From NCBI GenBank assembly GCA_965648905.1, contig CBFGIT010000009.1, forward strand, positions 44,090-108,089: 64,000 nt of DNA, read 5' to 3'. The stretch is from a candidate division WOR-3 bacterium. GTDB lineage: Bacteria > Hydrothermota > Tepidihabitantia > Tepidihabitantales > Tepidihabitantaceae. The notes under the pieces are model-generated. The model was given only the letters and a program-made list of their open reading frames with translations, did no database searches and was not told the origin of the DNA. A program made the translations under genes and the position numbers. Positions 10,754 through 20,046 of this stretch are shown piece by piece; position 1 is the stretch's first letter; each line of letters opens with the position of its first letter.

Positions 10754-13700
10754 CTAAGGATGAAGGGTGTCGGCGTTCTGAGTTCTGAGTTCGACGATAA
10801 CCTTACTCGCCCGGCCGCCCTGCTCTGCCCTGAAGAAGTAGACGCCCGGGTTCAGCCTGTCGCCCGCGGTCATCACCCTCCGACCCATGACGTCAAAGAC
10901 TGCGGTCCTGACCGGCGGAACCGAAGTCCGCGTGAATACGGCGGACAGGCCTGATGGCTCCGCTCTGGTCAGATTCCGCTCTGGGACTGCATCAGAACCG
11001 GGATTCCCGGGCCTGATACTCTTGTTCGCAAGACCGCCCGCGTCAAAGCACCAGAACTCGCTGCTGCCCCCACCCTTCAACGCATACACCCGGTTGCCGA
11101 GACAGGCAAGCGAACCGCCGTCGTGGACTCGCTTTCGGCTGTTGCTTGCCGGAATGTCCTCAAGCTGAATCCATGTATCGCGAGCAACCTCATAGCGCCA
11201 GAACTCACTGGTTCGACCGCCCTTGAACGCGTAGATTCCACCGGTGGCGTCCGCGGCCAGCGCTGCACCCTTGCGGCAGCGCGTCAGCCGTCCGCCACTG
11301 CCTGACAGGAGTAGCGGATGGCGCGCCAGCCACGAGTCGCCGCCTGCGACGTACTCATAGAACTCATCGGTTCCGCCCTTGATGCAGAACATCCTGCTGC
11401 CCGAGGCAGCAAGACCAGTGCCGTGTCGCGCCTTGCGGTCCCAGGGCCCGGGTGGCAGGAACCGACGCGCATGCCATTGCTTGGTGACAATCTCATAGAC
11501 CAGGAAGTCGAGCGTACCGCTTGCCTTGACCATGTAGACCCTGTCGCCCTTGCGGTCGGGCCAGAAGACTAGCCCGGTGCCGTGCCTGGGCTTCGGCGTA
11601 TGCTCAGGAAGCGACACCATCTCCTGCCAGGAATCTCCGGCAATATCGTAGCAGTAAAACTCACGAGTCTTGCTCCCTTTCAGCGCATACACCCGGTTGA
11701 CTCCATCCCAGCAGAGCGCCGACCCACCCCAGACGCGACGACGCGAGGGCCCGCGCGGCATGTCCGCGCATCGGTGCCAGGACGAATCAGCCGGGCCGTA
11801 ACTGAACCACTCGGCCGAGCCGCCTCCCTTCAACGCCATCACCCGGTCCGCAACCGAAACCAGCCGTGCTCCGGCTCGCGGTTTTCGCCCCTGTTCGCCG
11901 GCCGGCACCGGAGCAAGCTCAATCCAGCGTCGGCTTGCGAGCGATTCGACCGTCACAACCAGACTAAGAGTGTCATTGGTCGGATTTTCATCATCAACCA
12001 GGAACGCCCGCGCACCCAGCAGAAACATCCCTGCCGCGGCATTCCACTGGCGCAGCGTCACGACAGTGCTGCACATCGGTTCAAGCGCCGGCGCGAGCAC
12101 GGAATCAGCGTACACAACGGTCGAGTCCGAACGTCTGACCACGACCCTGACCGGAATCTGTGCCGCCTCCTCACCCAGATTCGCGACCCGCACCTGTGGA
12201 CTTACCCAGCCCGCCTGAATCACGCTGCGCGGAGACACGATTGCCCGGACTGCGGCGTCAGTCCGGGATACGACAAACGATGCACGCGCCGTGTCGTTCT
12301 CGTGGCGCATGTCACCGGCGAGCACAACCCAGCACTGCTCATCATACCTGCCGCCTACCGCCTCCCACACACGGAACGTAACTGACCTGGTCTGCCCGGG
12401 CTCAAGCTCAACCTCCTCGGAGTCAACGTATACCCTGGCGTCGCATCCGCTCATGGAGACCTCAAACCACACCCAAGCACTGTCCTTCACATTGCCAGGA
12501 TTCGCCACTTCTGCGAGCGGCTCAATCCTGCCCCGACCGATAACCTCCAGCGGTGCCAGTATCCTTGTCACCGCACCATCGCACACGCTGACAAACACCG
12601 ACTCCCGCTGGCAGTCATTCCCCGGATTCCGGTCGCCCTCAACCAGAGTCGAACACGACACAGACTGGACACCACGCACAAGCAAGGTGCAGCAGGCAAA
12701 CACAACCGCGACGCTCTCCCCCGAGGCTAACATCGGGACCTCAACCGTATCATCGTAGAACGTACCGACTCTGAATCGGACTCGGAAGGTCTCAGGTCCG
12801 CTGCCCAGATTCACAGCCATCGCGCACGGCAGACCGACACTACCCGAATCCAGGACCCCGGTCGGCCAGCCGATAGACACTACCCCAACATCGGTACGGA
12901 CCACGCGAAAACTCCGGCGCCGCGCGTTGTTCTCAAGATGCATGTCGCCTTCGAGCACAAGCGAGCAGCAGGAGCTAAACCGACCAACTGTCGTGGGCCA
13001 CGGCCGGAAACCAAGCACCGTATCCTGTCCGGGCCCTAGCTCCGTGCGCAGCGAATCAAAGTAGACCCGTGACTCACCTGCAATCCAGAACTGCGCCTCC
13101 ACACGGGCCGGAACATTGCCACGATTCCGCACCTGAGCACTGGGCCGGACTGAATCTGTCCGCACAACCGAGTCCGGTTCCAGAATCGAATCAACGCACA
13201 CGTCGGCAAGACGCACGAACGCACTGCCGACCCAGACGTCGTTGCGAACGTTCATATCCTCGGCGGTGTAGACAGAGCATCTGACTGCGTTCCAGCCCGG
13301 CGGTCCGGCAGACCACGGTGCGAACTGGAGCAGAGTGTCATGGCCCGGCTCAAGTCCTAGGACCCGCAGTGAGTCGCAATAGTCCGCAACACGCAGCCAG
13401 ACATCAACGTTTGCAGTCCGACTGCCGTGGTTCTGGATAGCAGCCTCGGGGATGACAACGAATCCGGAATCCAAAGTGTCTCGCGGAGCCACAATTGACT
13501 CAGCCGCCACGTCTATCCAGTACAACTCGAACGACGACGATGCAGTATCGTCCTCAGGATGCATGTCACCCGGGCAGGCGACCGAACATCGCGCCTTGTA
13601 GCAGCCGGGAGCACCAAGCCAGGCCCTGAATGTCACGGTCACGCTCGATTCCGGGAGCAGCGACACAAAGATGCTGTCCCGGTACACGGTCGCTGAGTCA

Positions 13701-15283
13701 GACTCGATGGTCAGGGTCGCCTTTGTCGTGCATCGAGCATTCCCCCTATTGCTTAGCACAACCCTCGGCCTTACCGTATCCCAGAGCATCAAGCCGGACG
13801 GTTCGAGAATAGTGTCAACAGCAGCGTCCCGTATGCAGACCAAGAAAGAATCCCTCAGCACATCGTTTTCCGGCCACTCGTCCTGAGCCACGCTGGTCGA
13901 ACACGAGACAGCGTGCCAGCCCGGCTCGCAGGCAATCCAGGGGTCAAAGCGAACCTCGGTCTGCTGACTCGGCTCGAGCTCAGCCAGTATTCGCGTCTGC
14001 ACGGCACTGTCAATCCTCAACTGCACAACCACATCGTGCTCAGTCCACATACCGCAGTTCGCCACTCGGACGACTGGTTCAATTACCGAGCCCGAATCAA
14101 TCGAACCCGCCGGTTGCACGATTCTGATCACGCCGACATCGTGCAGTCGTTCGTAGCGACGGAGACGGACCGCAGGATGTTGGCCGTAGGGGTCTTCAGT
14201 CCATGCCACCTGCACCCTGCCCGAACCAGAAGACACTGAGACGCGCCCCTTGTCCCGAGTGCCCACCGAGACCATCGTCTCCGGCTTCCAGATGTTGCCC
14301 CGAACTCGACAGCGGTAGAACAACTGGCGTTGCTGCGACACCGGTTCGTCCCCAGCCCACGCCACGTGAACGTCACCGGCTTCGTCCACAGCGACAGCCG
14401 GAGATACCCGCGGGCGGTAACGCGGTGCGACGCGGGTGGTCTCACCCCAGCCTGCCTCAGTCAACTCGCGGTGAAGAACCCACTGCCCGGATGACGACAA
14501 CCCACCTACCCAGACAACGTTAAAAGAACCATTCGGCCCCGATGCCACGCATGGGCTGCTGCACTCGGTGCGGTTGTACACGGTGTCAACGCGTTGCCAG
14601 ATGCCGAGTCTTCGCGTCCGCGCCAGTATGCACGACGACGGGATTGACTGCTGCCACACGACCATCACGTCCCCGTCCGGACTTGCGGCAACAGCCGGCC
14701 GAGTCAGGTTGCCATCAGCTTGAGCGAACGACGTATCGTTCAGCCACCTCGCGCCGTCATGCTGGATGTAGCGTACCTGATGGAATGATTGCGGTTGGTA
14801 CTGCCACACAAGGTGCACCAAGCCAGCCCGGTCAACCGACATCGAAAGAAGACTCTCCGCGGATACACCGCGGAGACTGTCAACTTCAAACCACAGACCC
14901 GAACTCGGACTCCGGCGGCACAGCTTCAACATGCGGGGTGTCTTGAGAAACCGCGCAACAAGCAGTTCGCCGCCTGAATCCAGAGCAAGCACGGGGTCCA
15001 TCGTGCCGCGCGGGTCGGGAAAGAGCACCGTGTCCTCGGACCACTGCCTGGTCACTGCGTCGAAGCGTGAATACCACAACTGGGCAACGCCATCGACGCT
15101 GCCCCGCCAGACGACGTGAATGTTACCGGCAGCGTCCGCCACTACCGCACGGGCGTTGTTCTCGCAGGTGAGGTCGTGGTCATTCGGTCGGTTGGTAACA
15201 GTATCAATCGGCAGCCAGCCAGCCGCAACCGGCCGGGCCCATGCCAGCAACAGCACCACCAAGAGAAGGAGGAAAGGTCGCAC
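10754..15283 (-). CDS. large secreted protein: beta-propeller, tandem CARDB/Ig domains, kelch propeller, T9SS-like C-terminal domain
   Basis: GGAGG upstream of GTG at 15283; signal peptide; repeated DxxVxxIxxP...NxG...DxxxxND units; KGGxxxEF kelch blades; VFDVMGR...GVYF tail. Confidence 0.8.
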   Translation of the reverse strand: MRPFLLLLVVLLLAWARPVAAGWLPIDTVTNRPNDHDLTCENNARAVVADAAGNIHVVWRGSVDGVAQLWYSRFDAVTRQWSEDTVLFPDPRGTMDPVLALDSGGELLVARFLKTPRMLKLCRRSPSSGLWFEVDSLRGVSAESLLSMSVDRAGLVHLVWQYQPQSFHQVRYIQHDGARWLNDTSFAQADGNLTRPAVAASPDGDVMVVWQQSIPSSCILARTRRLGIWQRVDTVYNRTECSSPCVASGPNGSFNVVWVGGLSSSGQWVLHRELTEAGWGETTRVAPRYRPRVSPAVAVDEAGDVHVAWAGDEPVSQQRQLFYRCRVRGNIWKPETMVSVGTRDKGRVSVSSGSGRVQVAWTEDPYGQHPAVRLRRYERLHDVGVIRIVQPAGSIDSGSVIEPVVRVANCGMWTEHDVVVQLRIDSAVQTRILAELEPSQQTEVRFDPWIACEPGWHAVSCSTSVAQDEWPENDVLRDSFLVCIRDAAVDTILEPSGLMLWDTVRPRVVLSNRGNARCTTKATLTIESDSATVYRDSIFVSLLPESSVTVTFRAWLGAPGCYKARCSVACPGDMHPEDDTASSSFELYWIDVAAESIVAPRDTLDSGFVVIPEAAIQNHGSRTANVDVWLRVADYCDSLRVLGLEPGHDTLLQFAPWSAGPPGWNAVRCSVYTAEDMNVRNDVWVGSAFVRLADVCVDSILEPDSVVRTDSVRPSAQVRNRGNVPARVEAQFWIAGESRVYFDSLRTELGPGQDTVLGFRPWPTTVGRFSSCCSLVLEGDMHLENNARRRSFRVVRTDVGVVSIGWPTGVLDSGSVGLPCAMAVNLGSGPETFRVRFRVGTFYDDTVEVPMLASGESVAVVFACCTLLVRGVQSVSCSTLVEGDRNPGNDCQRESVFVSVCDGAVTRILAPLEVIGRGRIEPLAEVANPGNVKDSAWVWFEVSMSGCDARVYVDSEEVELEPGQTRSVTFRVWEAVGGRYDEQCWVVLAGDMRHENDTARASFVVSRTDAAVRAIVSPRSVIQAGWVSPQVRVANLGEEAAQIPVRVVVRRSDSTVVYADSVLAPALEPMCSTVVTLRQWNAAAGMFLLGARAFLVDDENPTNDTLSLVVTVESLASRRWIELAPVPAGEQGRKPRAGARLVSVADRVMALKGGGSAEWFSYGPADSSWHRCADMPRGPSRRRVWGGSALCWDGVNRVYALKGSKTREFYCYDIAGDSWQEMVSLPEHTPKPRHGTGLVFWPDRKGDRVYMVKASGTLDFLVYEIVTKQWHARRFLPPGPWDRKARHGTGLAASGSRMFCIKGGTDEFYEYVAGGDSWLARHPLLLSGSGGRLTRCRKGAALAADATGGIYAFKGGRTSEFWRYEVARDTWIQLEDIPASNSRKRVHDGGSLACLGNRVYALKGGGSSEFWCFDAGGLANKSIRPGNPGSDAVPERNLTRAEPSGLSAVFTRTSVPPVRTAVFDVMGRRVMTAGDRLNPGVYFFRAEQGGRASKVIVELRTQNADTLHP

Positions 15284-15547
15284 GGCATGTGACTCCTCCG
15301 TCCTCAGGTCTGCGGCCACATGGTCCGGCCGAGGCGGCTCCATCCGTCGCAGTCCTGTTGACTGGTTTGTGACGGCGCTGACTCCGGACACAGCAGCATG
15401 ATGACGCAATACGCCGCTGGTGTCAAGGGAAGAATCGGACGGCATCGCTGCCAGCCAACGCAACCGACGCTGACCGCAAGAAGAGAGCCGACCCGGACTC
15501 GGCCGGGTCGGCCCTTGACATGCTCTCACAAGAGAGCTGGAGCGCGG

Positions 15548-16525
15548 CTATTCGACCTTCAATACCTTCAGAGTCTCCTGACCGTGGAGACCGACGATTC
15601 GACAGATGTAAGTGCCCGGCCCGACCTGACGCCCAGTCCGGTCGTGACCGTCCCAGACCGGCCGTCCCGGAGCAAGCTCGCGAATCAGACGCCCGTCAGC
15701 GGTGTAGACTGAAACGGCTCGGACCGGTCCGAGCGTTGTCGCAGGCAGGAATAGAACCCGGTCTGAGAACAGGCTGGGAAACACACTGGATGCTGTTCGA
15801 GTCCCCTCCGGCAGTGCGATGACGCCCGCGTCTTCGACCGCGGGCAGGTCGCGCACCGAGACCGCCCACATCGGCGCAAACCAGTCGCTCGTATCCTCGG
15901 CCTCGATGCGGCAGGTCCAGGTGTAACCAATGCCCGGCTCAAGCTCGATCGGCGTGCGCCAGGTCGGAAGGTCGGACCGACCATCTGCAACCAGCGTCTT
16001 GCCGTCCCAGACCTGGAAGTGGCAAGTGGCCCGGAGCGAGGTTGGCGCGACCACGAAGACCGGCCTCCGGTTCGCTAGTACTGCGCCGTTGGCTGGCAGC
16101 TTCGGGTCTGGCGGATTGATTGCTGAACCAACCGTGAAGTACCAGTCCGGGCTGAACCACGGACTCCACCCGTTCTGGTTCCATGCCCGGCAGGACCAGT
16201 GGTAGACATGGCCGCGCTGCAAAGCCCGGCCGGCCGCGGCCACGCTCCACATCGGAACGAGGCTGTACCCCTCGGCCGCAACGCTGGCCTCCTCCATGAC
16301 CCGGAACTGATACCAGTGACCCGGCTCGCCTGTGTCCACGACAAGTGTCGGGAAAAACGTCAGCACGGTATCACCGTCAAGGGGCGACAGCGGAGTCGGC
16401 GGATGCACGGCCTGACCCGTCGCGTCCAGACTCGGGTCGACGCCAGCCCCCGGCGCAAGAGCCGCCGGACCAGCAACTGGAATGAACCCGATGACGCCGA
16501 AACCGACAAGCAGAGCTTGTAACAT
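15548..16525 (-). CDS. secreted protein with two FN3/Ig-like repeats and an FlgD-like C-terminal domain
   Basis: Two PxPxxPxxG...YxWxCR...WSPWF repeats; VYTADGR...WDGHD...GTY tail. Confidence 0.75.
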   Translation of the reverse strand: MLQALLVGFGVIGFIPVAGPAALAPGAGVDPSLDATGQAVHPPTPLSPLDGDTVLTFFPTLVVDTGEPGHWYQFRVMEEASVAAEGYSLVPMWSVAAAGRALQRGHVYHWSCRAWNQNGWSPWFSPDWYFTVGSAINPPDPKLPANGAVLANRRPVFVVAPTSLRATCHFQVWDGKTLVADGRSDLPTWRTPIELEPGIGYTWTCRIEAEDTSDWFAPMWAVSVRDLPAVEDAGVIALPEGTRTASSVFPSLFSDRVLFLPATTLGPVRAVSVYTADGRLIRELAPGRPVWDGHDRTGRQVGPGTYICRIVGLHGQETLKVLKVE

Positions 16526-17052
16526 GGTAACCCCTTATTGACTCGGAATCTTTCCCCCGGCTCCACCACCCCCAAAATGTCGGGCCATCAGGCGCTCGCG
16601 TGCAGCTTCCTGGGTCAGGATTGCAGGTTAGTAGTCTTGAGCAACCTGATAGCCCAAACCCGACAATACGGAAATTGTATATAGTTGGTGCGTGGCCACC
16701 CAGACCACGCGCACCCCTGCCTTGCTGTTGCAGAGACTGTGCCAAGGCACGACCCGCGCCTCCCCATCGGCTAACCAACGCACACTGCGCACCTTGCCCG
16801 GCAGATAGCTCGCTCTCAACCGAGCCATAGCCCTGACCGCGAGCAACCAACTTCCGGTCGTCATCAGGCTAACCCGCTGAGCCAGGTTGGCTTGTACCCG
16901 TGCGACAGACGCCCGCACCGGACGCGCAAGTCGAAGTCATGACTCACGTATTCGAGACTGAGACGCTGGGCAGCGTCAGGTGGGAGGCGAATGACCGTCG
17001 TCCTGCCAAGCCTCTGGAGAGACAACTCCCGGTTCAGGACGCAACTTTCCAC

Positions 17053-17095
17053 TTGACCGACTCGTCTAATAGGCTATAATGACTGACCGGTCAGT
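17053..17095 (+). promoter_or_regulatory. sigma70 promoter and probable TetR operator
   Basis: TTGACC-N16-TATAAT followed by the perfect palindrome ACTGACCGGTCAGT (17082-17095). Confidence 0.75.
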
Positions 17096-17115
17096 ATATT
17101 CACTATCTTAACATT

Positions 17116-17748
17116 GTGAAAGCCAAGTCAGAAGAGAAGCGTCGGGCCCTGCTTGAGGCGGCGTTCGCCGAGGTCTCGGAACACGGCTACTTCGAGACCA
17201 CGGTCGACGACATCGCCCGGCGGGCCGGTGTGGCCAAGGGCACGCTGTACCTGTACTTCCGAGACAAGCCCGACATCTACATCGGCCTCGTGGGCTGGCT
17301 GTTGGAACAGGCGCTGGCCGTGCTCCGTACGACCGCGGCCCGCCCGATTCCAGCGCGGCAGAAGCTGGTCGAGGTCTTCGAGTCCTGGAGTCATACCGTG
17401 CTCTCGCAGCCGGCTGTCTCCGGACTGCTTTCGGTCGACAGCCTCGAAGCCACATCGCGCATGAAGGAACGGGTCATGCACGATGTCGTCCCACGCGTCC
17501 AGGAGATGGTGGATGAAATCGCAAAGATTATCGAGCAGGGAATGAGAGACGGTGAGTTCCGCCGGGTCGACGCACGGCTGGCCGCACTCACTTACCTGAG
17601 CGGGTTTCGTTCGACGATGTTTGTTGTTGCGCATCAGTGGCCGGTTCAGAACCCGGCCCGGAAGGCGCAGGAGCTTTTCTTTGAGGGTATTCTGGCCCGC
17701 TCCGGGACAGAACGCCCGGTCGGTTCACGCAAGAAGGAGACACAGTAA
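17116..17748 (+). CDS. TetR/AcrR family regulator
   Basis: GYFETTVDDIARRAGVAKGTLYLYFRDK HTH. Confidence 0.92.
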   Translation: MKAKSEEKRRALLEAAFAEVSEHGYFETTVDDIARRAGVAKGTLYLYFRDKPDIYIGLVGWLLEQALAVLRTTAARPIPARQKLVEVFESWSHTVLSQPAVSGLLSVDSLEATSRMKERVMHDVVPRVQEMVDEIAKIIEQGMRDGEFRRVDARLAALTYLSGFRSTMFVVAHQWPVQNPARKAQELFFEGILARSGTERPVGSRKKETQ

Positions 17749-19124
17749 TGAGGTTTGCTCCAGAGGTCGCGATGGTGCTGCTGCTGGCCGCGGTTGGCCG
17801 CGCCGATACGCTGCACCTGAATGCTGACCGTGCGGTTGAGCTCGCCCTGACCAACAACCGTACCTTACAACTGGCCCGGGAGAAAGTGGTCGAAGCCGCG
17901 GCCGGCCGTGACGCCGCGTTCGGCTCATTCCTGCCCCAGGTCTCGGCCACCGGCACCTACACGCGGCTGGGCAATGTCAGCGAGTTTGCCATGGGGTCGC
18001 CGGTGATGGGTAAGTTCCCCATCCCGGTTCGCGACCTTCAAGGCAACATTATCGGGTTCACCGATTCCATCCCGATGATTTCGGGCTACCGATTCGATAC
18101 GATGCAGTTGGGCAGCGCGAACAACTACGCTTTGACCGGCACGGTTCAACAGACAGTTTTCACCTGGGGCAAGCTGATCAACGCCTATCGCATTGCCGGA
18201 CTAAGCCTTGACATGCAGAAGGCGGCCGCTGCCCAGGCGCAGGCCCAGGTGCGCGTGGACGCAACCCAGGCATTTTACCAGGCCCTGCTTGCCCGCAAGA
18301 CCGCAGCGGTGATGACCGACGCCTGCCGCCAGCTTGAACGGCATGTCGGCCAGGTACAGGCACTCTACGACAACGGCCTGGCCGCAAGGCTCGACGTGAT
18401 GAAGGCGACGCTCGGGTTGCAGCAGATGAAGGCCCAGCTTTCTCAGATTGAGAACGGCGCCGAGCTCGCCCTAGCTGCGCTGCTGAACGTCCTAGGCGTG
18501 CCGACCGAGACCCCGGTCGTGCTCGACGAGGACTTGCCGGCTGAGACAACGTTGGTTGAGCTGGCACCAGTGGTCGATTCGGCACTGGCACAACGACCAG
18601 AGCTTGCCCAGTTGCGCGACGCGGTACGGATGGCCGACCTTGCCGAGCGCATCGCCCGCACCGCCAACCTGCCGAACGTCTTCGTTCAGGCCAACGGCAG
18701 CTACCGCAAGCCGGTGGGATTCAGCGACGAATGGGGAAAGGACTGGAACGCGACCGTCGGAGTCTCAATGCCGCTGTTCACCGGTGGAGCCAATCTGAGC
18801 AAGCTGAAGCAGGCCCAGTCACGGAGACGGCAGGCCCAGGTTGGGTTGGCTCTGGCCGAAGAAGGAATCAGACTCGAAGTCCAGGCACAGGTCGCGGCAC
18901 TGAACCAGGAAGCAAAGAACATCAGCTATCAGGCCAGGAACGTCGAAGTTGCCGACGAAGCCCTGAAGCTGGCCGAGACCCGCTATCAGAACGGCTTACT
19001 CACGAATCTTGAGTACATGGACACGCAGTTGGCTCTGACCCAGGCGCGGGTCTCGTACCTGAGCGCGCTGGCCAACTACCAGATTGCCAAAGCCAGACTG
19101 CGCAAGGCTAGCGGAGCGAACTGA
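17748..19124 (+). CDS. TolC family outer membrane efflux protein
   Basis: Signal peptide; ALTNN, LPxV and YxNG duplicated OEP repeats. Confidence 0.9.
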   Translation: MRFAPEVAMVLLLAAVGRADTLHLNADRAVELALTNNRTLQLAREKVVEAAAGRDAAFGSFLPQVSATGTYTRLGNVSEFAMGSPVMGKFPIPVRDLQGNIIGFTDSIPMISGYRFDTMQLGSANNYALTGTVQQTVFTWGKLINAYRIAGLSLDMQKAAAAQAQAQVRVDATQAFYQALLARKTAAVMTDACRQLERHVGQVQALYDNGLAARLDVMKATLGLQQMKAQLSQIENGAELALAALLNVLGVPTETPVVLDEDLPAETTLVELAPVVDSALAQRPELAQLRDAVRMADLAERIARTANLPNVFVQANGSYRKPVGFSDEWGKDWNATVGVSMPLFTGGANLSKLKQAQSRRRQAQVGLALAEEGIRLEVQAQVAALNQEAKNISYQARNVEVADEALKLAETRYQNGLLTNLEYMDTQLALTQARVSYLSALANYQIAKARLRKASGAN

Positions 19125-19131
19125 GGAAGAA

Positions 19132-20046
19132 ATGAACTACGATAAGAGAACATCGGAGACGAACACAGCTACTTTCAGCAGACTGACAGTCCTGGTAGCG
19201 TTGTTGGCGGTCGTTGCCGGTTGCGGGCCGCGGCGGGAAGCACGCGCCCGGTCGCTGCAGACCGTTGCCTACGAGACTGTGAAGCAACAGACCATGACCC
19301 GGACGGTCAAACTTCTCGGCACGGTCCAGGGCGAACAGCAGGCAACCGCCTTGTCGAAGATTGCCGGTCGAGTGACCGAAGTGGTCAAGCCCGAGGGGTC
19401 GTACGTGAATGAGGGCGAGCCGATTGCCTTTGTAGTAAACGATGTCCCGGGCATGGACTACAAGCCTGGGCCGGTGACTGCGCCGGTGTCAGGTTATGTT
19501 GGTAAGGTGTACGTTGAACCGGGCCAGTCGGTCGGACCGGGCGTACCGGTCGCAACTGTCGCCAGTTACACTGACCGGGTGCGCGTCAGAGTGAACGCGA
19601 GTGACCAGGACCTGCGGTTCATCCGTCCGGGTGCACGGGGTGAAGTGAGCGTCGCCGCTTTCCCGGACACACTCTTCATCGGTACGGTAAGCAGGATTAC
19701 GCCGGTCCTCGACCAGGTCTCCCGCACCGCAACGGTCGAGCTGAGCGTCGACAACCGTCGCCGGCAACTGCTGCCGGGCATGGCGTGTGCAGTTCGGCTG
19801 GTACTGGAGCAACGCGACTCGGCTCTCGTCGTTCCCCTGACCGCCCTGTTCACCAACGGCCTTTCCAAGATCGCGGTACTCGATGGGAACAGAGCTCGGT
19901 TCCGGGAGATTCGGGTCGGTCTGGTCGGCGACCGCTCGGCCGAGGTCATCTCCGGCGTTGCGCCGGGCGAGAAGGTAATTACCACCGGCAAGGAGCGCAT
20001 CAAGGACGGCGATGAAGTGAAGCCGGTGGAGTCGGACAAACAATGA
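19132..20046 (+). CDS. RND efflux membrane fusion protein (lipoprotein)
   Basis: Lipobox VAGC; APVSG lipoyl-like half motifs; LLPGM. Confidence 0.88.
   Translation: MNYDKRTSETNTATFSRLTVLVALLAVVAGCGPRREARARSLQTVAYETVKQQTMTRTVKLLGTVQGEQQATALSKIAGRVTEVVKPEGSYVNEGEPIAFVVNDVPGMDYKPGPVTAPVSGYVGKVYVEPGQSVGPGVPVATVASYTDRVRVRVNASDQDLRFIRPGARGEVSVAAFPDTLFIGTVSRITPVLDQVSRTATVELSVDNRRRQLLPGMACAVRLVLEQRDSALVVPLTALFTNGLSKIAVLDGNRARFREIRVGLVGDRSAEVISGVAPGEKVITTGKERIKDGDEVKPVESDKQ

Noticed and set aside
16600..17040. Long non-coding stretch resembling the 12-nt arrays (recurring ACC on plus, CTCCCA...CCCAG on minus)
   Set aside because: Best phase gave only about half of the units conserved and there is no leader palindrome; not supportable by eye, though worth a computed autocorrelation.
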